A DNA stretch of 57,226 nucleotides, counting the filler, from Stramenopiles sp. TOSAG23-6 (Eukaryota): assembly GCA_900128565.1 (NCBI GenBank). It is 27 parts of 27 records of this genome, joined end to end, with 100 filler letters (N's around TTAATTAATTAA, not from the genome) between each part and the next. Parts side by side here need not be neighbours in the genome. Positions count along the whole stretch, not along the records: positions 24,125 to 25,226 come from LT639722.1; positions 25,327 to 26,427 come from LT639723.1; positions 26,528 to 27,627 come from LT639724.1; positions 27,728 to 28,827 come from LT639725.1; positions 28,928 to 38,299 come from LT636375.1; 22 more parts are not named here. One strand, 5' to 3'. Both the position numbers and the translations under genes were made by a program. The stretch's first letter is position 1, and each line of letters begins with the position of its first letter. Below, in pieces: positions 24,125 through 33,949 of the stretch. Below the pieces are notes generated by a model. That model searched no databases and was not told the DNA's origin. It saw only the letters and a list, made by a program, of their open reading frames with translations.

Positions 24125-25226
24125 TTAATCTTTTTGATTTCAATCTTGGAGATGAGCGCCTCTTTCCCGGGGAAGACGACGAAGATTTCATTGTGGATGT
24201 TTTAGCTAACTCGGCATCCTTTTGACGATTTAAAAATTTCATTAACTCCGAATAGAGTCGATCAATGATAACATCAATACCATTCAAATCACGAAATTGT
24301 AAAATTGCATCACTACAAGATGTCAAAACAGTTTCGACTAGCAAGACGAACTGAGCTATTACATAATCAAAACCTGGATTATCTGGGGTTTTCATTTGTA
24401 GTATAGTAAACACATATGGTAATAGACCTAATTCAATAATAGACTCAGCACCAGCTTTAATATACACAACAGTCATTGACAAATTTAGCACAGCTTCAAC
24501 CCATTCCAAAACATCTTCGTTACGGACTCGTTTGCTCCATTGTTCCAGAGAACTATCTATTCCAGAGCTTTCACCGCCACTTCTACTACTTTTTAATCGA
24601 CGCTTGCCTTTATTCCGACGTTTACTCGTCGACCTCGAAGAACTTTTTCGTGTTGAGCTGGTTTCCTTCTTTGTACTATTACTTGCACAAACTACACCGG
24701 ATTCATTTGTTGAATCATTATTAGGGTCATTAACCATTTGTGTTGTCGCATGGACAAAAGCTAGTCCAAGTTGAAGACCTACAACAGAGTTGTCCCTGTT
24801 TGAAGACACGTCATTTTTACTGGTCGAAGTTGGTGATTGTCCTGAATCTTTTCGAAGAGATCGAATACGCGAGGAACTTCGAGTTCGTGGCCTAGTTTTT
24901 GTACCACGCGATTCTCGCTTGGAATCGTTATTTTTGCTACTTTTCGCATTTCGAAGACAGCACATTTTTAAGTGAGAAATAGAAGATCTAAGAAATAACG
25001 CTAATGCACCTTTAGAGGGATGGCGTTCTTTTGGTGCAAAACCGAGGATATTTAGTAAACCTGTTGACTTTGCAAGAGGTGCAAATTCACCAATCCCAGT
25101 GTCGCACCAAGATACCAAAGCTTCTAAACAATTTAAAGCAACAACTTTCAGTCGAAGAGGAATTTGAGCTTTGTCCACATCATCTTTACTTCTTTTGTGT
25201 GATTCTTTTTCCGAATATGTACTTGG
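24125..25226 (-). CDS. HUWE1/UPL1-like HECT E3 ligase, N-terminal armadillo-like region, fragment
   Basis: FRDLNGIDVIIDRL..E resembles the UPL1/HUWE1 DUF913 region. Confidence 0.55.
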
Positions 25227-25381
25227 NNNNNNNNNNNNNNNNNNNNNNNNNNNNNNNNNNNNNNNNNNNNTTAATTAATTAANNNNNNNNNNNNNNNNNN
25301 NNNNNNNNNNNNNNNNNNNNNNNNNNTTTCGTACCTAACAAATTTAAGTTTTTTTTTTTGAAATATTTTTCCAAAATACAT

Positions 25382-26390
25382 GGTACTTACAATGATAATG
25401 AGGTAACATTCTCTTCAAAAGATTTTGCAAGTCAAGACACCTTAATGTTTTGTAAAAACGATATTTCTAATGAGGATTGTCATTTATTTAAAACATCCCT
25501 TGATGTAATTGAAAACATTTTAAGTATGATGAATAAATACGAAGTTGGCTTGAGTGATGCCACTCTTGGTCATTTACTAAAACAAGCAACTACAAATTGC
25601 ATTGAAGATGTTGTTCATCAAAGAAAACACATTGAAGATGTTGTTCAACAAAGAAAACAATTGGGTATAAAAAGTAAGCGAAAATATAATAAGTATAGTG
25701 CGTTACATGGAGGTGCATCTCGTCATGTATGTTTTATTTTTTTTCAAATTCGATGTTTTTTTCTTACGAAATTTTGTACCTAACGGTTTTTTTTTGAAAT
25801 ATTTTTACAAACACATGGTTTGGCTCCAGAATATTCAGCGATAAGTTTTGCGCAAGGTCTGAAACTTTTAGATACAGTTGAATCATTTGTCCTTGTACGT
25901 TTTTAAGCCTAACCCTAATTTCAAAAATATTTTTTTTTCGTACGAAATTTTGTACCTAACAAATTTCAAATTTTGAAATATATTTTGACATTTCATGGAC
26001 CTGGTAAACCTCAACAATTTCTTCCTAGCCAAATTGCGTATTGGGCAAATCGTATTCAAAGATCTCGCAATGAAATCAACAATAAAATGAAAACAATTTC
26101 ATTACTTACAAAAAAAAAAAAAAAAATTGAAAATATTTCAGCAAAACCAAAAGATATTGTCAATTTAAAATTGCTTGACAATTTATTAAAGTCAAAAGAT
26201 ACGAAACCATTACATTTACATAAACCAAAAGATACGAAACCATTGCATGTACCATTACATTTCCATAAACCAAAAGACATTAAACCATTACATGGTCTTG
26301 ATCTTATTATAACTCGATCATTATCACTTTCACCTCGAACGAGAGAAATCATTCGTATGAGTAAAACACTACAAAAACCAAATAGTATAT
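25382..26390 (+). CDS. Hypothetical protein, partial; GT-AT introns at 25727-25816 and 25895-25996
   Basis: Exons of 345, 78 and 394 nt join in frame (SRH|GLA, FVL|GPG). Confidence 0.65.
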
Positions 26391-26527
26391 GTATGTTTTA
26401 TTTTTTTTTCAAATTCTTTTTTTTTTTNNNNNNNNNNNNNNNNNNNNNNNNNNNNNNNNNNNNNNNNNNNNTTAATTAATTAANNNNNNNNNNNNNNNNN
26501 NNNNNNNNNNNNNNNNNNNNNNNNNNN

Positions 26528-26620
26528 GTATGTTTTATTTTTTTTTCAAATTTGTTTTTTTTTCGTACGAAATTTTGTACCTAACGATTTTTTTTTGAAA
26601 TATATTTTTCCAAAATACAT
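26528..26620 (+). mobile_element. Consensus-like 93-nt copy of the intron/Introner element
   Basis: GTATGTTTTATTTTTTTTCAAATTT...TTTCGTACGAAATTTTGTACCTAACGATTTTTTTTTGAAATATATTTTTCCAAAATACAT. Confidence 0.85.
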
Positions 26621-27627
26621 CCAACCTTACAAATGAAACAACCAAAAATAAAAAATAACAAAACAGATAATACTATAGAAATTTCCCATAAAAACCAAAG
26701 CGAAGAAAATAGCACTGCAATACAAAATACGATTTCCCGTCTCAAAAATATGAGTCATGTTGAACAAATTGAGTTTGGAAAACAGTTTCGTTCCTTACTT
26801 GACGATAGAGAAACTTATTTACGCGACTTTTGGTCTGGAGCAATGGAAGCTGTTGCAAGAGCTTCAAAAGGTAAACGAGGTAAAAGAGGGAGAAAAACAT
26901 CATTTTTAGATGATGTGTATAGCAATTTATCGGGTTCTGCAAAACGTAGAAAACAGGACGTTGCTATTGATGGTGTGTGTGAATCTGATGGTCAATGGCG
27001 ATGTAACCGTTGTGAGAATAAATATGCTTCACGTGGTGGATTACGTGTTCACCTAAGTCGTGGTTGTGATGGTGGTAAATGGCGTTGTGAATGGTGCGGT
27101 TGTAAATCGGATGATACGAAAGGAAGGTCTTTAGGACCTGGTGGTAGAGATACACTTTGTTCTGTTTGCTCTAATAGATTTACATCGGGTTCTTTAGGAC
27201 CACCAACTCGCGACAAGAATGGATTCTATACATGTGAATTATGTTCACAGCAATTCAAATCAATGAGAGGCTTGGGCTCACATAGACGTGGATGTACTGG
27301 AGGTAAGTGGACTTGTGCATGGTGCAAATGTGATGAAAAAAAAGCACGAGGAAAGTCTCCTGGACCGGATGGTCAACGATCTCTATGCTCTGCTTGTGGT
27401 GTTCGTTTTCGTAATGGTAAAACTGCTCCGCCTCAATGTGATGTAGACGGTTATTTTGTCTGTCCCACTCCTGGTTGTGGAAAGAAATTTGCATCAATTG
27501 GTGGTCTAGGAGGCCATAAAAGATTTTGTATGCTTGTAAAGAAAAAAAAGGAAGTTAGGTTGATTGATGATATGTTACTCGATGTAGAAGAGAAAAAGTT
27601 GATGAAAGCAGATATGTTAGAAAAAAG
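26621..27627 (+). CDS. Zinc-finger protein with alternating C2HC-like and GATA-type fingers, partial
   Basis: C-x2-C...GP.G...LC..C twice; C-x2/4-C...F.S..GL..H...C three times. Confidence 0.8.
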
Positions 27628-27727
27628 NNNNNNNNNNNNNNNNNNNNNNNNNNNNNNNNNNNNNNNNNNNNTTAATTAATTAANNNNNNNNNNNNNNNNN
27701 NNNNNNNNNNNNNNNNNNNNNNNNNNN

Positions 27728-28743
27728 AAAAGAGAAGTGTCAAATATTAATGATACTGACAAAAGAGAAGTGTCAAATATTAATGAACCTGGCGTTGTTC
27801 ATGACACCATTGACGCAACACGAAATAATCTTCCAAAATCTACAGTATCTCATGATACCATTGATATGGACAGTAATGAAATGTGTCTTAATTTGACTGA
27901 TTGCGACAACAAAGTGATGTTTTTTAGTGAGCATGTTGCTTTAAAAAGAGGAATACCCAAAAGCGATATTCTTCATTTGCCTTGTGACTTTGTAGCGCAT
28001 CTACCTACACCACCACAGCACCAAAATATACAAAATGTACCAAATAAACAAAATAAGAGGCAGTCGTTTGCATTCTCGATGCTTCCTTCTCCACCACATA
28101 CAATGCCAGTATCTGAAAAAAATGCACGACAGAGAATTTCACTTTTGAGAGAAAATTCTCTACTATCAGGGAAACTTGAAAAGTTTGGAGCTCTAATATG
28201 GACACCCCGCGATGTTCGTATCACATCAACTCACTTGATTTACTCTGCGAAAAAACAGAAAAATGGAAATAGGAAAAAAGACTGTCAAATACCTCTCAGA
28301 TCAATTCTTTTTGTTGAAGAGAAAATGCGCTTTGGACGATTGACATTTCTTCTTCATCTAACATCTGGGACGAAAATATTCTTCCGTGTTCCAAAGATAT
28401 CATCAACAAAACAGGCTTTACTCAATTTTCGATGCTCCGCGACACATGCCCAAGTAGATCGCCGTATACCAATTAAAGATGTTTTCGGAAGTACAAAAGA
28501 TTTTTCAACTAATGATGATGAAAACGATTCTGTATTAGAGTGTTGTGCGAAATGGCGAGCTGCATTTTCAACAATAATTAATCGAGCCAAAAGATTGCCA
28601 CTAAAATTTGATAACATATTTATGGAAAGTATTACTCAATCAAAAAAAGTTTGGAGAAATCGGTTTACTGTATTAACAGGCACTCCATCTCCACGTATTG
28701 TATATTATTATAATGATTTGGATAGAAAAAGTTTTGCGAGTAG
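27728..28743 (+). CDS. PH-domain protein fragment
   Basis: GKLEKFG..W..R...LIY, then WRNRFTVL...YY; ends at a GTACGT donor. Confidence 0.6.
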
Positions 28744-29301
28744 TACGTTTTCATTATGANTTNCGANTTNATTTTTTTTTCGTACGAAATTTTGTACCTA
28801 ACAAATTTCGAATTTAATTTTTTTTACNNNNNNNNNNNNNNNNNNNNNNNNNNNNNNNNNNNNNNNNNNNNTTAATTAATTAANNNNNNNNNNNNNNNNN
28901 NNNNNNNNNNNNNNNNNNNNNNNNNNNCTCCTGTTGCCTCTGTGTTGGATCTCGCACTGGAAAGGATGTCCCAGAACAATTCGATGGTAGAGAGATGAAT
29001 GAGCAAAGGGTCAAATATCTTCACTAAAAAAAATTATCAAATATATTTTAATATATATATTGATAGATGACATTATTGGAAGTTTGAATTTTTAAATAAT
29101 AATTTAAGCATACAGTAGGAAAAAATGTCCTCAAACTTTTATTTTATAGAAATAAAACTGTTGTCTTTGAATTATTGTACGCCCTAACCCTAACAAAATT
29201 GAAAATTCACTTTGAGTTTAGTTTGAGTTTGAGGTTCTTCGCGAGTCAAAATTCATTTTCGTAATTGTTCTACTACGACGGAGTTCCTCAAAAATTTCAC
29301 C

Positions 29302-30237
29302 ATGGCATCTTCAGTCGATGCCTTCGCGGAGGCAACTGCCGCTGGTATAGGTGGAATATTCAGCTCCACAATTCTCTTTCCAATGGAAACCATAAAGAAT
29401 CTGATGGCTGCGAGCAGTAAAGGAAAGAAAGGTGATGTTCCAAAAGATAGTGTTTCTCCATCAATGACTAATACGGCGTTAACTGTGTATAAGAAATACG
29501 GATTACAAGGTTTCTACCGTGGTGCCGAGTTTAGCGCATTGGGTAGTTGTACAGAAAAGTTTATTTATTTCTATGCGTATAATTTTTTGCAAAAGATATC
29601 TCTCCAAGTCGCTGGAACCCCTAGCGGTGAGTTGAATGTACCTACTGCTCTTGCAATTGGAGCTCTCGCGGAATGGTTCCATTTACCAGTAACTTTACCT
29701 TTGGAAACCTTACTTGTACAGGTAATGAAAGAAAAGAATAGTCGTAATCCATTTCAAATATTTCGTGATACAGTCAAAAAAAATGGTATTTGGGTTTATT
29801 TTAAAGCTTTGCCTGCTTTTGTTGTGCTCTGTTTAAAACCAGCGATACAGTACACAATTTATAATCGTTTGAAATTAGTGTTATTACAGAGAAAGCGTGG
29901 TGCAGCTCGTACCCTCTCATCGGCACAAGCATTCTGTCTTGGAGCCATTGCCCGTTGTATTGCTACAGTTATAACATTTCCATACAACCGTGCTAAATTT
30001 ATAAAACAAGGAAATCCATCTGAGAAAAGTGGACTTTCAGAAATTTTAGTAAAGTTATTTAATAGTGATGGGATATATGGCCTTTACACTGGTCTATATG
30101 CAGATCTTATACGTGGTGTACTGTCATCCGCATTGATGTTAATGTGCAAAGAAAAAATACAAGAATTGATTAAAGCCTTCTTGTTACCGAATAAAACAGT
30201 GGCGCATCATATTGGTACAATTTCAGCAACACAATAG
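29302..30237 (+). CDS. Mitochondrial carrier family (SLC25) protein, peroxisomal adenine-nucleotide-carrier-like
   Basis: Three carrier repeats (FPMETIK, LPLETL, FPYNRAK), GFYRG, PAIQYTIY. Confidence 0.88.
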   Translation: MASSVDAFAEATAAGIGGIFSSTILFPMETIKNLMAASSKGKKGDVPKDSVSPSMTNTALTVYKKYGLQGFYRGAEFSALGSCTEKFIYFYAYNFLQKISLQVAGTPSGELNVPTALAIGALAEWFHLPVTLPLETLLVQVMKEKNSRNPFQIFRDTVKKNGIWVYFKALPAFVVLCLKPAIQYTIYNRLKLVLLQRKRGAARTLSSAQAFCLGAIARCIATVITFPYNRAKFIKQGNPSEKSGLSEILVKLFNSDGIYGLYTGLYADLIRGVLSSALMLMCKEKIQELIKAFLLPNKTVAHHIGTISATQ

Positions 30238-30422
30238 TGACAAGAATAATTATGTGAATAATAAAAATTATGTGAATTATATTAGTTTAGCATTATAGAC
30301 AGTATAGTAATACAAATAAAGTAGATGTGAAAGTGCCTTTTTTTACTCGTTTATAGTGTTTATAGAACCCTAACCCTAATAAAGTAGATGTGAAAGTACC
30401 TTTTTTTACTCGTTCATAGTGT

Positions 30423-32290
30423 TTATAGAGTTAAGAATTCATCACCAGTGTTCCTACTAGGAAGATGTGTGGTATATTTCTGATTAATACGAGGTTGGCG
30501 CATACTAGTACCACATCGTCTTAATAATTCAAAATAGTGTTCCCTATCGATAGAAATATTTTCATCATTAAATTCACTATCACTCAACATCGGTGCATAA
30601 CTACGACTTTGCTCAGTGCTTTGCGAGACATCGTCACTAATTTTGGTCTCTTTTTGAAAGTTAGAGTCAGGGTTATTGTTGATCTCAGACTCTATTGGAT
30701 ACTCCATTTGATCTAATTGTCGCCTCATTGAGCGTCTATTTTGACCACGACGTCTAATATCCGGATCTAATTTGGAAGTGGTTTCATTAGAAGTTTTACT
30801 AGAAAATCTCAATGCTGGAGGAAATTGTGGTGCTTTTAATTTTGTTGGTGGTATAATGACATTTCTCGATTTGTATCTTAATTCTAATTCATGCCTTTGT
30901 TTTGAAAATGAAACTTGTCCTTCGACAGGTCGAATATGTATTGTGAAAAATTTTAAAATAAAAAAAAACATTAGACACACAATTTCGTATCAAAACAAAA
31001 ATAGGTAAAAAATTCGTGTTGAACACATACATACTTGAGGCGTGCTTGCTTCCTAGCCTTCATATTTTCAAAGTTTTCGTGTTTAGCAAGATACTTATTC
31101 TTTTCTATCCAACGGGCTCTTGCATTACGTAGTTGATTTCCTGCTTTTGAATTACCAATCCCTAAACTATCTATTTCTATTTTAGACACGAAATCGTCAT
31201 CCATTGTTTTCTGGATCTTCTGTTTCGTTTTCTCTTTCTGGTATCTTTGCGATTTCCCTTTTTTTCTATTTCTGTTATGATACAAATATGCGTGTTTACC
31301 CATTTTCTTTTTACCTCTACCTCTATTAGATGTCTTTGACTTCACATTTGAACCTTTTCGAATCCTGACTTCTTTCAATGATGTTTTTAGAGTAGATGTC
31401 ACAGGATGCTGAGACCCAAGACGCTCAAGTGCAATTGCAATACCTCTTTGATATGCAGCAGTTGCTTCAAAATAGCGTCTTAAATGCTCCAATGACGCCC
31501 CTTCATTATGGCAAGCAATACACAATACGGCAACACGCCCACGAACAGCTTCAATCTCAGATAATTCTGCATCTACCCCAGTTGTTTTATCATCATAATC
31601 ATATGCCGAAACTTCTTTTTGTAACAGTTGTACAGCCTGACGAGCATGAATTACAGCCTCGCTATGATGTCCCAAAAGAGATAAAATTGCACACATATTT
31701 AAGTGTGTATCTCCAGGGGATAGAGGATTATTGATTGAGCTTTCAATTTTTTCTGCCATTGAAAGATATTCCAAAGCTCTCTCCAAGAAGTAATTTGGAG
31801 TACTCATTTGATGCTTCCTCTGACGAAAATGTTTCATTTTTTTAGTTGTTGCTATGTTACTTTCATGATTGTATCGAGATCGAAGTAAACAGGCAAAATT
31901 ATTATATGTTACAGCAAGTTGTCTTTCATTGTGTGTGTGAAATATTTCAGCCTTTTCAAGGAAACCAAAAGCCTGGTCAAATAAACGAATACTAGCACAG
32001 CCACTTTCTATATCATTTTGACAACTTATACCCAGTTCATTGCACAACTTTCCTGCTTTCGTACAAGCGTCGCGGAATTCTTGACTATCAGAGCCAAAGA
32101 TTCTTTTGAGTATAATCACTTCATTTTCTCGACAGACTAATGAGCCTTCTTTGTCGCCAGATGCAATACAAAGCTTAGCATTATTTCTAACTTCTAAAAG
32201 TTGAGCCATGGCTTCATTCTTTTCTGAATTATTCGAGTCGCTGTCATTGGCTATCTCATCAAGTTTTCCATCTCCACTCTGTTCGCTCAT
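30423..32290 (-). CDS. TPR-repeat protein; exons 32290-31031 and 30935-30423, GT-AT intron at 31030-30936
   Basis: TYNNFAC, THLNMCAILS, IACHNEG TPR motifs; RLKY|IRPV junction joins the two ORFs exactly. Confidence 0.8.
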
Positions 32291-32454
32291 TCTTACAAGT
32301 AGATTTTTTATTCTTTTATGTCAGATACATCATGTATTTGATCGTCATTGAGCACTTTATAGTACATGTTAGGTACGTATATTTCACGTTTTCAGAAACT
32401 TATGCAGTTTCTGAAAAAAAAGTGAAAATCTCCGACGCGTAACTCCCGTTATAT

Positions 32455-32473
32455 GGTTAGGGTTAGGGTTTAG
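32455..32473. promoter_or_regulatory. Telobox-like (TTAGGG)n tract in a divergent promoter
   Basis: GGTTAGGGTTAGGGTTTAG between the TPR and Ubc12-like starts; similar tracts at 29182 and 43181. Confidence 0.4.
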
Positions 32474-32700
32474 TATGTCGTCGTGGCCGAAGCCGAGAGA
32501 ACAGTACCATCATCTGCAATATTGTAGTTTATTTGGCGTTTATTTACGATGGAACAGTAACTTTCATTCAAGTCGTTTAACATTGTACTAGAATACTAAA
32601 TACTCGTATTGTATTTATTAAAGGCGTAAAATGATCTGAATAAACGGTTGTGTCTGCTTTTTCTGCAAACTAAGAAACTTCATCACATACAACTCCTCCG

Positions 32701-33639
32701 ATGCAACATTCAAAAAAAGACAGAGACAAGCAGTTTCGTGGTGGTTCAGATTCGTTGCAATCTGCGTTCCCAGTGACGTTCATTAAAAGAGGAAAGAAAA
32801 GTAGATCAGTGAATAATTTTTCCCGTAACATCTCAGAACTTCGAATAAAAAAGGACCTCGAAGAGCTTTCGTTTCGGAGACCGCAGTGTGAGTTTTGTCG
32901 TACCCGAGTGTTACTGCCTAAAGGGAAGGCTGATCTCCTAGAACTGAAGCTCATCGTTAGTCCAACTAGAGGTCCATACAAGGGTGGTCATTTTGACTTT
33001 GAGCTAAGCATTCCTCCAATGTATCCATATAAAGCACCAAAAGTCACTTGCTTGACGAAAGTCTACCACCCGAATATTTGCATTTCTTCTGGGGAAGTTT
33101 CATTATCGATTATTGGCAACGACTGGCGACCAGTTTTATCTGTAAGCTCTGTTCTGACCGCTTTACAATTATTATTTATCGAACCTAATCCAGATGCACC
33201 ACGTAATTTAGAAGCTTCCTATCTTTTTAACACTGATAGAATTGAATTTAATGAACGAGTTCGATATTCATTATTAGGCGGAACAGAATTTCAAGGTCAT
33301 TCCCTCCCTGATCATCGAATGAGACTTCCTTGTGAAGTTGTTGACAATATTAGAAGATACCCATCTAAACAAGAAGATGATTCTATGAGCAAGAGAATTC
33401 CCAAGCGGACTTTAAGTCCGGAATTATACCACGAGATTGAAGAACATTCTGCGGAAAATTGTTCGCCATTAGCTACGTCTTCCATTCAATCTTTTAGTGG
33501 TTGTAGTGGAAAATCTATGCACCATAGAAATTATATTCGTAGTGATACTAATTCTGGAAAACGCCTTAGAAAAACAATCAATTTATTATCGGATCAACTA
33601 GCATCAGCGTCAATGCACTTTTCATCCCACGGTACATAA
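32701..33639 (+). CDS. Ubc12-like (NEDD8 E2) UBC-fold protein lacking the canonical catalytic Cys
   Basis: ELRIKKDL, P..G.YKGG.F.F, YPYKAPKV.CLTKVYHPNI, DWRPVL, EPNPDAP.N. Confidence 0.85.
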   Translation: MQHSKKDRDKQFRGGSDSLQSAFPVTFIKRGKKSRSVNNFSRNISELRIKKDLEELSFRRPQCEFCRTRVLLPKGKADLLELKLIVSPTRGPYKGGHFDFELSIPPMYPYKAPKVTCLTKVYHPNICISSGEVSLSIIGNDWRPVLSVSSVLTALQLLFIEPNPDAPRNLEASYLFNTDRIEFNERVRYSLLGGTEFQGHSLPDHRMRLPCEVVDNIRRYPSKQEDDSMSKRIPKRTLSPELYHEIEEHSAENCSPLATSSIQSFSGCSGKSMHHRNYIRSDTNSGKRLRKTINLLSDQLASASMHFSSHGT

Positions 33640-33949
33640 TTGTATATAATTTTATGATGGCAATATCCAGCTGTGTGGAAAAAGACATTTTTATGATTTA
33701 ATCTAAACATAATTCTAAGTATACATAATATCAATAAATACTAGCTAGAAGTAAAGTAAAGATCAATTCTTATATTTTTTTATAATAGTAGTTATCTTCA
33801 TCGTCTAATTTAAAATGAAACGACTTTTTTATGTAGTAAATATCAAAAAATAAATGTGCACTAAAGTCTCAAGTACAAAATTACGCGTAAAAGTTTTCCT
33901 ACGATAATAAAAAGACTTTGCTCTCGAAGGAAACTAATTTGGAATTTGA

